This document shows, piece after piece, positions 40,681 through 52,938 of a stretch of 64,000 bases of DNA. The stretch is from the NCBI RefSeq assembly GCF_001194135.2, contig NC_068981.1, positions 70,248,397 to 70,312,396 of the forward strand, read 5' to 3'. The notes under the pieces were generated by a model, which saw nothing but the letters and a program-made list of their open reading frames with translations, had not been told where the DNA came from and did no database searches. Each line of letters begins with the position of its first letter. The stretch's first letter is position 1. The translations under genes and the position numbers were made by a program. This DNA comes from Octopus bimaculoides. Lineage: Eukaryota.

Positions 40681-42915
40681 GTGGAAAACATATGAGAGTG
40701 TGTGTGTCTGTGAGTGTGTGTGCTTGAATGTGTGTGTGCGTGTATGCATGTATGCGTGTGTGCGTGTGTGTGTCTCTGTACATTTTTGTTTGGTATATGG
40801 TATTTCTGTATATATCCTACATTGCGTCTTTACCAAATGAGTGTTGACAAAATTGCGCCACCATTAACGAGTTGAGCCAATATTGGACAAATCATTAACT
40901 TACCTCTTAGTGAGTCATCATATTGTTATTTGGTTTACATTCTTCAAAGAATTGGTCTTGTTTCAATATTCACTTTAGTTTTAACTTGCATTTGGTATAT
41001 TTACTTTTCCTAATGATGTTCTCAGGTACTGTTTTAGCAATGTGTGTAACTGAGATTCGTGGCATAATTCTATTAAGATCTGTAATGTGCATTTGATCGT
41101 GGATTTACAAAAGTTGACACCTAGATACTGGAACCGTGATATATTTCTAGCACTGAAATTTGTGTTAGTACATATTAACGATAATAATACTTTTAACGAT
41201 AACATTGATAACAATTGCGATAGGTGCAGCGGTTGTTTTTATTGATCATGTTAATAGGGTTAGTCAGCTAATGCCATTAGTGATAGTGACAGTAGTAATA
41301 AAACTGGTATATGCGCTATTAAGATTGGAGATGAAAATTAATTCCAGTGTTATATGTATTAGTAGTGATGACTTTCATTATAATACTGCTGCCGATAGTA
41401 TTTACTTTGCCACTTTACTGAAAAGAATATATATTAACTTGCCTATTGACCTTTCATCTTTTCATATTTTATCCTCCATTTTCTTTTGTTTAGCAAAATG
41501 GAGATTTCTATTTGGTTAACCAACCCCCACATGTAGTTATCAACAACCTTCCAAACAGAAAGTTGATCTTTTATCAGAAAACGTTTAGGAAAAAAAATAT
41601 CTAAATGAGCTAAAAATACATCAATATTTTTATTTTATCACAAGTAGTACGCCTCTAACAATCACCATGCAGAAAGCAGAAACGATTATTGTAATTTTTT
41701 TTTTCATTGTGCGTTATTGAAAATTTGTAAACAAAGGTGATTTGTATCAAACACCGTTTTTGATCAATGAATAATCACTGCTGAAATACGTAAAAAGAAA
41801 TGGAATTTAATGATGAATTCCCTGACAATTAAATAACAGTATATTAGTTTATTGATTTAATTTATTGGTATTTACCCAACATTTCCATTTTTATTTTTGC
41901 TGTAAATTGATCTAAAGTAAAACTTTTATAAGTTTTCCTTTTGTGTTGAACATTTTATATTTTATTGATATTGTGTGCGATGCAGAATATATATAATATG
42001 ACTACAGCTAGCTTCAATAGCAATAATAGTCTGACTAAAAAGAATGTTTTCGCGATAAATCCGTTCACAAATACGTGACTAGGAAAGCGCACACAAACGT
42101 CATGTTGAGAATGGAAATTGAAAATGGGAATAGAATTTCGTTTTTAATGTAGATCTCACCGGACAACTGATATTTCTCGATACATACATTTTTTTTTTTT
42201 TTTTTTGCTGTACCAACGTATCCAACATGACTAATTCTTCTCATGCTACAATCGTTTATGTATCAATTTGATGTTTGTATAAATATCCTCCTTTTTTTTC
42301 TTTTGTGCGAATCAGTACATTATTCATTTAAAATATCAGAGGTGGTAGAAATGATAGACACCTGCATGCAAGAAATTAACTTTTGATTTATTAATGGACT
42401 TCCCGTTCGTGTTTTATGATTTTCGATAATGATGTTTGCATATTTTGTAAGAGTTTATAAAATAGGTGGTTGAAAAAATATTATGTTACTAAGAAGTGCC
42501 AGGAAAAATCAAGTACTTCTTAGGGAATAGGCACCAGAACTGTTTTTCTCTTCCTAATGTGTAAAAAATGTTCACTCTTTCTCGTAAATATAAAAGATAC
42601 AGACATACTGTAATAAACTTCATATTTGAAAGAGTCGACTATTAATTTGTATTTAAAATGCATGAATATTTTAATAATCTCACGGTTACTTAATTGCTAT
42701 ATACCTTGCAAATACCAACGGAAGTTGATTAGTTTTTTTGTTTTTTTGTTTGCAGTGTGATAGAAGATAGTATAATACAGTATGAGAGTGTGTGTGCAAG
42801 CCTTGTGTAGTGCAGCGTACTGGGGTACCAGATAGGCAGTATAGACAGTATTGAACGAGAGAGCGAGAGAAAGAGAAAGACAAAATCAGACAGAGACAGA
42901 GTGAGGGTGACCGAA

Positions 42916-42954
<39 letters not shown>

Positions 42955-44153
42955 GAGAGAGGGAGAGAGAGAGAGAGAGAAATAAAAGAAAGAAAGTAAA
43001 AAGAAAGAATGAAGAAGTATGTTTATAAGTGATGGAAGAACCGAAGAATGTAAGAGCGCACTACTTGTAAAATGGTAGATAAGAATGAATCAGAAAATGG
43101 TGGAGATGAAAGACTGGCTTGTTTGAAGAAGAGAGAGTTAAGAATGAGGTAAACAAAAGAACTGGATAGTATAAAATCAAGGATTATATGGGGTGTCAAA
43201 GAAATGTTAATTGATCATTGATTTCTGGGAACAAAAGTCAAAATGTGACGTACAGACGAGCTATAGAAGATGCGTGTTCGAATGAGAATATACTGGGATG
43301 TTGACCATGCCTGCAAAGAGCTTGCTAGTTACTATATAATCGTGCATCTATAGATGTTCTCGAAAAGGATCAACTGGTCTTCGTCTTGTAGCAAACCCAT
43401 GTATGAATGAATTCTGTTTGCATGTATTGTAATTGAAAGAACAAGTGAATTAATTAGCGACTTAGAAACTGGACGACGACCGTGCAGTATTAATAGTCTG
43501 GAGGAAGATAAAGGATAAAAAAAACTCACTTTTATGCTAAATAACTATGGAACACTTGGTGGGAATAATACCTACATAGACTTCAAAGTCTAGGCTGCTA
43601 TTTAGGTAAATAATTTAGGAGTTAATTATAGGTTTACTTATTGAATTTATATCCCGATACTGTTTTAGTCCATAGAGTAAATGTGTTACTTTGTTGTAAT
43701 TTAATTGATAATGTTAGTGTTTAATCCTTCCTAAAATTAAGATTGAACACACTTATTATAGTGATGTTGACACCGCCGGGTTCAATGGTACTGCCCAGGT
43801 CTCGAAACCATAGTGATATCCGTTGGGCAGCTGATGTTGGAGGCATGCTGGATTTTTGGTATGGGTGTTATTGTATGTGCAGAATAGTTTTGTAAGACGC
43901 CTATTTGATATATATATATACAAACACACACAAATTATGGGAGATTAGTTCACGGGTGATCTAAACGACTAGGTAAACTACGTAAGTACTGCAGCGGATT
44001 ATTAGGGCCATAAAGTTGCAGTCGACGGTAGTTATGGAGCCATTGGAAATTTCCGATTTAGCTGATATATAACTGTTAAAAAGGACAATAACAGTTAAGG
44101 CAAGACAAAAATCTCAAATCATATGCATTATTATTATTGGAAAAATTTCAAAG

Positions 44154-44208
44154 TCTTACAGCTGTTTCTAGGATATCCCAGTTTATGGGATAATCTCGTC
44201 ATCGGAGA
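44154..44208 (-). ncRNA. Minimal type-I hammerhead ribozyme motif in the left (inverted) pLTR
   Basis: Minus strand: tct-CCGATGA-[stem II atatccca/tgggatat-like]-GAAA-CAGCTG-TA-aga. The core has C instead of U at position 4 and stem I is only 3 bp. Confidence 0.55.
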
Positions 44209-44946
44209 GAAATAGGGAAAATGAGAAGGGTATAGATTAATAAAATGACGACACGTAGGACAGTAGTAAAGGAATAAGGAGATGAAGAAAGAGAAGAAAA
44301 AAAGAAGCATAAAAGTTCGCAGTTCAACTTTCCGATCTTAAAGAAATAAGTCCATAAGTCCTTATGGTCTCGCTAAAGCATTCTTTAAAATAGTAGAATC
44401 TAATTTCCCATGTAACCACAAGTACCATTCTATCTTTAACAGATCCACTTTGAAATTATCCTTTTCATCTACACCAAATATAGAATCTATTATTACCTCA
44501 TCTAACAAACCTAAACGTAGCTCTCACTATCGAAATGCATACAACCCTACCATAGACCTACAGAACGAAAATATTAATACCGATCGCAATAACATATCTA
44601 ATACCCCGGGCTGGAACACTTTGAATAACTTAAACATACATTATATAGTCCCCACCTTGAGGGTAACAGGCGCACAGCAGAAACCGACGCAAACACTAAT
44701 AGGCACACTGATACTTACAGTATTAACTATATTTCAATAAATACAAATAATAATACCTATACTTCAACTACTAATAGGACTAGTATTACTATTAATATTA
44801 ACAACAACGGTAATATTAACAATACTGAAAATAATACTACTACTATCACTTCTACTACAAACGCTACAATTATAACATCACTAATACCACCTCCACTACC
44901 AGTGCTAATACTAACCCTACTGCCAATAATGCTACTACTGCCGCCG

Positions 44947-44984
<38 letters not shown>

Positions 44985-46436
44985 GATAATAATAATAATT
45001 ATCATTATAATAACGATGCCGATAAAGATAATGACGATAATAATAATAATAATAATGATAATGGTAAGGCAGGCGTTGATATTGATACTAGAAATTACGG
45101 CAATAATAACAGCAATGTTACGAATGATTCATTTAATACTACCCTAGACACTACCAGGACTACCTCATCTCTCTCCAATTAACCATTGTAGAACTAATAG
45201 TTGCAACTTCAGATTTGGGGCAGATTGCCCGCTCCAAGTACATTGCAGAAGATTCAATGTCGTATACCAATACGCAACATAGTAAATAGCTGCTATAGCT
45301 ACCACATTGGATCTACGACAATTTTAAACAAAGATATTATGCACATTTAAACTCGTATAAATATAATTCCACATCACCACTCATCTAATTACTAGAAAAC
45401 ATACACTATAGAGTCTCCTGGGCTATAATAGACTCTGGCATCCCATATCAGTGCCAGCACTCCATTTGTGGATTCTGCTTAAACGAAGCCCTCGAAATTT
45501 TAACCCACAGCTCACCACAATTGCTTGATAAACACAACGAAGCCTTCACAACGTGTAAACACAAATTCTTCCGCATTTTTAACTTCTTTCATAAATCTAA
45601 ATGCAAATCCCCACCACCACCAACGAATAACACCCATATACAAACCTCCATGTTCATTAACACATACCCCTCTATATCTCTTTCATCAACCTTACCTCAT
45701 CACTTTATAAAATAAATATTAATTACTTAATTTATTTTCAAACCTTAATCCCCTAATATTTAACCTCTACTCCTAAATAATTTAGCATTCAACTAGTTTC
45801 TCCATTCACCACTACTTACACTCCCATAACCATATTGCTAAAAATAACTGTACAGCCACTGTACTTAGCCAAAAGGAACACAAGTACATACTACTAGATT
45901 TCCTCCCCAACCCCCTATAGACTAGAAGAATACCACTGGTACATACTATTCTCTTTAAATTCCTTTCATTTTATTCTATTTTGTTTATTTTGTTTTTTTT
46001 TAAGTTATCTACCTTTACCTCTTCCTCGCTTATCCTCTTGACTATCTTGGTACACTATATTCTTAGACACTATATATTTATATACCTTACTTTATGCCTA
46101 AAGCCGATCCTAAACTTCCTCCCTCACTCTATCTAACTCTCGTTCCATTTATTTATTTCTCATTCTTTCTACCATTTAAAAACCACCTCCGCTACCATTC
46201 TGTTATCGAACTTTGATATGTTTCACGACTCTTTTATAGATATTTACACTATCAGGATATTAACTTACATGGGTTTACGCATGATTGCGCCTAGTACTTA
46301 TTTCTACAAGATCCGAAAGTTGATCTGTGAACATTTATGCTTCCTTTTTCTTCTCTTTCTTCATCTCCTTATTCCTTTACTCATGCCCTCTATGTCGTCA
46401 TTTCATTAATCTATAGCCTTCTCATTTTCCCTATTT

Positions 46437-46490
46437 TCTCCGATGACGGAATATCCCATAGTCTAGGAAATCCCAGAAACAGCTGTAAGA
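46437..46490 (+). ncRNA. Minimal type-I hammerhead ribozyme motif in the right pLTR
   Basis: tct-CCGATGA (46440-46446)-cggaatatcccatagtctaggaaatccca-GAAA (46476-46479)-CAGCTG-TA-aga; same core variant, more decayed stem II. Confidence 0.5.
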
Positions 46491-46587
46491 TGTTGAATCT
46501 TTTTTCTATAATATTAATGCATATGACTTGAAATGTTTACCTTGCCTTAACGTTTATTGTCCTCTTTAATAATTATATATATATATA

Positions 46588-46931
46588 TGTTGAAAAGCGG
46601 TCTTTTGCCATTATTTGATCTGTCTTTTGACGGCGGTTGTTCTGACAGATATTATGTTCCGAAGTTGTTGACAGAATGGTTCTATCTGGCATTGTACGAC
46701 CACCAGTCGTACAGTGTTATTATCTTCAAAGGATTTGATCGTTATATGTCCACTCAGTATCACAGTATAATTACTATATCAGCACAGACACAACTATCAA
46801 CACAGTCTACAGGTACTCTTGAGTATCTGACCTCCCCGTCCTTTTCCTGTCAACCGGCTACTGGTTAATTTATAATTGTATCCTACTACCATTTTTTTAC
46901 CAGGAGGGGTGTACAGTTTTACTAGACAACA
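46588..46931 (-). repeat. Gypsy 3' LTR (344 bp)
   Basis: Bounded by TGTTG...CAACA, immediately downstream of the PPT on the minus strand; outer flank is (TA)n. No second LTR found in the window. Confidence 0.8.
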
Positions 46932-48270
46932 TCCCTCCTTTAATTTAATTTTTTAACAAAACAATTTCTTGTATTCATCTTACCTCCTACTTTTTTGTAT
47001 ATACTCAATATCTTTTTGTCTTAGGGTCTACTTTTAGGAATTCAGTCTTCTTTTTCCTTGTACGTGTGGTTTCAACCTCTCGTAACAGTCCTGGAGCCTG
47101 AAAATCCATTAGTATTTCTATTCTTGTTGGTTCCTTTTCTAAGACTCTTTCGTTAAGCTGATTTTTATGTCTACTTCCCATTCCAATTCTGCTGCTTACA
47201 CCATGCATCATTCTTGCTATGTATGTTATAAATTCTCCTTCTTCCCAATATTGCTTGCCATTGTTGTACATTCCTACATATAACTGGTAACAGTTTATCG
47301 AATACTTCACCTTTTTGGCAAACATTAATTCTGCTGGTGAATTTCCTTCTGGCACATTTGGGTTCGGAGTTATCCTATATACCCTTAAGAATTGCTTGAT
47401 CGCAACCGCGTCTGTGGCTTCCTTATTGCCTTTATTTAAAGCTTTCTTAAAAGTGTACACGAACTGTTCGGCCCTTCCATTCGATGTAGGGTGATACGGT
47501 GCAATAGTTTTGTGAATCTTTTAAACTTACATGATAAAAACTGTGTTCCGTTATCAGAGACAGTTATATCCGGTACACCAAATCTTCCGAACAGCTCGTG
47601 TAAGAAGTTTATTACCGTATGTGAGGTTGATCCTTTACACCTAGCAACCGCAGGTCATTTTGTGTAGCTGTCCACTACTATTGAGTAATAATATCCATTT
47701 ACCGGGCCTGCAAATTCGATATGCAATCGGGACCATGGTATTTTCACTTACATTTTGTAGTGGGCAGTTTCGTTGTCAGCGTACATCCTCTGCAGCCTTT
47801 TACCAGATTTTCAAATTACTTGTCCATCCTTGGCCAGTATATGAAGCATCGCATCAACGTTTTCATTCTAGAGGTACCTGGATGTCCCACATGGAACCCC
47901 TTTAGCATTCTTTTCTGTAATGTCTGTGCTATGACCACCATCTGAGCGTACATTAGTACATCATCACATATAGAATGCACGTTTACATCTTGGCGGTTCT
48001 TTGCCTCAGATCTTTCTTTATTTCCATTTGCTACCTTAATAAATTTGTCATTTCTTGTATTTATTTTTATTTCTTACAAAGTTACTGGTATATCACTTTT
48101 TTGTGTTTTAGTTCATCGACTTCGTTCGATCGTTTGACTGCTCCATTTATGCTATTGCTTATGGGTGTACCCCTTAAATTGAATTTCCCCATACATTGGG
48201 TGTCAAATAAATTCATGCATTTTTTCAACACATAACCATTCACTTTTTTGGTTGTACCTTTGAACATTAT
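46588..48270 (-). mobile_element. Gypsy-type LTR retrotransposon remnant: integrase, PPT and 3' LTR; RT/RNase H deleted
   Basis: Minus strand: 'HVGHPG..RMKTLMR.FIYWPRMD..CRGC' (HHCC), 'PWSRLHIEFAGP', 'GVPDITVSDNGTQF', 'APYHPTSNGRAEQFVYTFKKAL', 'FLRVYRITP..SPAELMF'; PPT aaaggaggga at 46932-46941. Confidence 0.9.
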
Positions 48271-49292
48271 ATTACAAACGCGTTTGCCCGTGAAATATAA
48301 CGTTCTTCCTGTATCACCGTATGCTATTTTTTAAATTACACTGCACACACTATCACCACAAGTGACATTGCTGATTATACCCTTCTACATCTAAAAGTTT
48401 TCATACAACCTGTTTCTTTCTAACTTCCAACTTTTTTCAATTTTCCTTCTGTTTGTTCACAAAAATTTATACATTAGAAATGTGGAAAGGAAATATTTAT
48501 CATTAATGTTTCATTGGTTTCCGTAGCTTTTTATTTATCACAATTTTCAATGATTTCATAATCTCATGAAGTAATGAATTTATTGAGCGGCTAATATAGA
48601 GTTATTTCCCGTTATAATGCATTTATCTTTTTGATTGCGCATTCGTGTTTACGAGTTAAAATTCCCCCACCGTATCTTGAAATCGACCTTAAGTTAGAGG
48701 GAATATAAACACCATTAAAGCGTACGACGGAAAACAAGTTTCTCATTAAACCCACTATGAAATATTTCATTGGTCAACCGGTAAAGGTTAACATTTTAAT
48801 TAGCATCAAATTATTTTCATTGATCTCATTAATGATAGTTCACATAAAATTATTTTGATTATATTTGAAGAAGTATAAAGATGCCCGCTCTCCGTTTCAT
48901 TATACCAGATCATTATCTTCTTATGTACTTACTTTTGCTATATTTTGAAATATTTTGTTAATTACTAAATTAATTAAGCATGAATAATTAATATGAATTT
49001 GCATGTGGCATTTGGTCAAATGTAATAAATCAATTTATTGATGCAACGTTTCATAAATAACTGATAACGCATTCATAAAAATTGGTTAGCGTTCTAGATT
49101 ACTTTAAGATTCAATAAATAGTGTGCGGATTTTGTGTAAAGCTACGGAAACCTACTTCATTCAAGAAATATGTCAGAATATACAATTTAAGTTAGATATT
49201 ATTAGTTAATTAAGGCTTCTTTTTCACACATGCCTTTCATTTGTTTCTAGTGAAATAAAATATCATCGCTTCAAATAAGTAGTAAGAAATGT

Positions 49293-49579
49293 TTGAGTAG
49301 CCTGAGTTTTTAAAATCCACATTACGACTGTTTACAATTATGTGTGCATTTTGTGTGAAGGATTTTAATATCCACTTTTAAGTTGAACTAATGTACTGTT
49401 GAAACTATGTTAAATTTACTCTTCAAGTAAAACATTATTTAGCTCTTGAAGAGTAAATTTAACATAGTTTCAACAGTACATTAGTTCAACTTAAAAGTGG
49501 ATATTAAAATCCTTCACACAAAATGCACACATAATTGTAAACAGTCGTAATGTGGATTTTAAAAACTCAGGCTACTCAA
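49293..49579. repeat. Perfect long palindrome: 135-bp arms, 17-nt spacer
   Basis: 49293-49427 (ttgagtagcc...ctcttcaag) is the reverse complement of 49445-49579 (cttgaagag...ggctactcaa), no mismatch seen by eye; spacer taaaacattatttagct. Confidence 0.95.
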
Positions 49580-50627
49580 TGTATCAGAAGCCAATGTAAA
49601 ACATGTACAACGTTAAATAAAAAAAAAACGTATAGCCCCGTATGGCCCTGCATAACCTTGTATAATCCTCTATAGCTCTGTACACTTTTAACAAACACAG
49701 AGTCGTATTGGATCTAATAAAGATTTAGAATTCCTATTACAGAAATAATGATACTTTAATGACTCAGATTTTGAACATCTTTCTTTGCTATTTTTTTATT
49801 AAGCCGTCTCCTTGTAAATGACATAATAATGGAGGTGTTATAATCCAAGTATGTTTTCACTCAAAACATATTTCAGGCTTTTGATATTCTTGCTTCAAAT
49901 GTAAAAGTATATAATTTTTAGAGAATAGATAGGGCATATACCTATTTGGCTATAGTGTGTACGCATGAACTGATATCTCTAGCCAGATTCAAAATAACGG
50001 GAATGTCTGAAGGTTGCAAAGGACTGAAAATTAGTTAATATTTTAGTAAAGAAAATTCTTCTAATAACTCTTAGTCACAATTTAAAAACATCTAAATTTT
50101 GGTTTATTCATGCACAAAGAAGTGAAAGCGGATAGCATAACATTGGTCAATTAGAATTCATATAAACGAGTAGCTAATTATTAATCAATTTAATTAAAAC
50201 TACAATTCATTTAAAAGATACAACAAATCATTTGACGAACAATTTTATTTATCACATCGTGGAAAAAGTATCGACAATGAAATATAATATTGAAAACATT
50301 TTCCCATATTCAAATTATCTGTCGTTCCCGTAATTATGATTTTTATATAAGTAATCTAATTTTGACGTTTCAAATACGTGATTTTGTCAGTTACAGGTTC
50401 CATACAACAGAGAAGACTTCTTTGTAAAACAATAACCGCATGTATAGAAAGTTGGACAACAGAACGGATGAGAATGTCAACTCCAATAATTAAACGAGAA
50501 TTTATATTTTGACAACAGAAGTTTCAGTTGGATTAGTTATTTAAGTTGAGGCACCTCGTTAGGTCGGAATAATATAAACACGCGATAATATTATATAAAG
50601 ATAAAGCTGTTGAATAGTTCCATCACA

Positions 50628-51006
50628 GTGGAGGCGCAATGGCCCAGTGGTTAGGGCAGCGGACTCGCGGTCATCGGATCGCGGTTTCGATTCTCAGACC
50701 GGACGTTGTGAGTGTTTATTGAGCGAAAACACCTAAAGCTCAACGAGGCTCCGGCAGGGGATGGTGGCGAACCCTGCTGTACTCTTTCACCACAACTTTC
50801 TCTTACTTCCTGTTTCTGTTGTGTCTGTAATTCAAAGGGTCAGCCTTGTCACACTGTATCACGCTGAATATCTCCGAGAACTACGTTAAGGGTACACGTG
50901 TCTGTGGAGTGCTCAGTCACTTGCACGTTAATTTCACGAGCAAGCTGTTCCGTTGATCGGATCAACTGGAACCCTCGACGTCGTAAGCGACGGAGTGCCA
51001 ACAACA
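50628..51006 (+). mobile_element. Full-length tRNA-derived SINE family B with a perfect 12-bp TSD
   Basis: A box tggcccagtgg, B box gtttcgattc, short (CAA)n tail; agttccatcaca at 50616-50627 and 51007-51018. Confidence 0.92.
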
Positions 51007-52526
51007 AGTTCCATCACAAATGACCTTGATAATTTAATAGGCTGATGTGACCACAGATAATTTTCTAACCACTTACTAGTATGCAATATGCAACTCCTTT
51101 ACAGATATACCCCAGACAAACGATGCCGCGGCTTATTTTATTGTTAGAAGTAGAGATAATTAGGTCACTGAAGGTCGCATATTCCTTCCCTCCAGTAAAA
51201 ACCCCTACTAACCTCTAAATTTCTCTGATCTGAATAAATGCACGCTATTTTAGTAAATCCATTCTGTCAATTGAAATAGTAGCAGAATCAGTAAAAATAT
51301 TTTGCACCATAGATTTTAAAGTATGATAAATCATTTGGAAGGTTCTTAATTGTAAATTTCATGTATTCATATGAGGAAAACGGTTTCTTTATAATGATAA
51401 AATGAACTCATCAATCAATTAAAGAAGTAGTTAGAAACGGCCCAAATGACCTGTCCCTCAATTGTTTCTTATTTACATTATATATATATTTTTTTAATAA
51501 TGTTTGGGAATGTCAAAATCCGAACTTACAAGGAAATTGAAATCAATAATATCAAATTGAATTTTATAAAGAAAAATATATTAATAATTTAGAGAAAAAC
51601 CACCAAGCTGCAATTCAAACAATGAAGGAGATCAGACACCGTCAAGAAAAACGAACTCTTCAAAATACTGATTTAAAAAACTATAAAATCCAAAAGAAAA
51701 TTTATAATCCATAAAATCTATAAAATATTAGATAAAAAAATTTAATTCAGTTTAGTAACTTCATAAAAACGAAAGTAAACAATAGACTACGCGCGTTTCG
51801 TGGGTCACATAATAGTGGAAAAGATCTGTGCAATTTACAATACATCGATCAAGATAGTTTCACTCAGAATGAAGACACTCTTAATGTCTTGTAAATTCAA
51901 AAAACGTATCCTATGCAAATAAAATAAAATAGGAAAAAGTAGAAATATCTCTACGATTAGGAAAGCAATTATTAGTAGAATACATAAAATGTCAAGGTTT
52001 TATAATAATAATCATCTGTCAAGTTAAAGGCATAATTCTTCTAATGAAGAAATACTTTCTGTGGATTAAGAATAGGAAAACATGAAAAGATAGTGTAATT
52101 AACTATTGAATCAATTCGGACGTTCAACAGTATTAATAAAAAGAACAGCATCACTTATCTTATCGAAGATTACCCATGAAGCGTAGAATTTATACGATGT
52201 GTGTCACGTGACAAAATAGCGTTCCTTAGTGACCACAAACATTAAACTTTCTATGTAGATTTAAAATATGCAAATACCGTGACAATATGTTTGAATTGCA
52301 TTTTGGTGGTTCTTCTCTAAATTATTTATANNNNNNNNNNNNNNNNNNNNNNNNNNNNNNNNNNNNNNNNNNNNNNNNNNNNNNNNNNNNNNNNNNNNNN
52401 NNNNNNNNNNNNNNNNNNNNNNNNNNNNNNNNNNNNNNNNNNNNNNNNNNNNNNNNNNNNNNNNNNNNNNNNNNNNNNNNNNNNNNNNNNNNNNNNNNNN
52501 NNNNNNNNNNNNNNNNNNNNNNNNNN

Positions 52527-52938
52527 CTTTGCCATAGCTCCATATTGCTTATGTGTTCGGGCCATCTGATTTTAAGTATACTACGCAAGCACCGGTTGAT
52601 GAATGATTGTATTTGCTTATTTAACTTAACTGTTGTTCGCCATGTCTCAACCGCATACAATAACACCGCTTTTACGTTGGTGTTAAAAATTCTTATTTTG
52701 TTCTTTATTGAAATTACACTTACGCTCCATACTTTTTTTAACAGGTGAAAGCAGTTCTTGCCTTACTTATTCTCGTCTAAATATCTTCGTCGGTGCCGCC
52801 TGAGAAAGTTATTGTACTACCTCAATAGGTAAACTCGGCTCCATCCTCTAGTTCACCGGTTTCTAGTTTAATACGTTCACTGTTTTCTTCATTAACGCGC
52901 ATAATTTTTGATTTGTCGCGGTTGACTTTCAATCCTAG
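52527..52938 (-). mobile_element. RTE-clade LINE, late RT fragment
   Basis: 'LGLKVNRDKSKIM', 'EFTY*GSTI', 'TRISKARTAF', 'KIRIFNTNVKAVLLYAVETW', 'RCLRSILKIRWPEHISNMELW'; runs into an N gap. Confidence 0.88.

Larger units (their letters stand above)
44065..46580 (+). mobile_element. 5'-truncated Penelope-like element (GIY-YIG region) bounded by ~290-bp inverted terminal repeats (inverted pLTR)
   Basis: 'FFKIVESNFPCNHKYHSIFNRSTLKLSFSSTPNIESIITSSNK' (44380-44510); 'SCNFRFGADCPLQVHC..VVYQ', 'YHIGST..FKQRYYAHLNS', 'WAIIDSGIPY..ICGFCLNEALEIL..LLDKHNEAFTTCKH' (45197-45570). 44065-44351 is the reverse complement of 46296-46580. Confidence 0.88.

Noticed and set aside
21185-41519. Both-strand or low-complexity ORFs at 21185-21454, 26607-26963 and 41205-41519
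   Set aside because: Their composition (I/V/T/N-rich, period 3) fits decayed triplet microsatellites; no splice or homology support.
50628-50705. tRNA gene
   Set aside because: A and B boxes are present, but I could not form an acceptor stem; it continues into a SINE body with tail and TSD.
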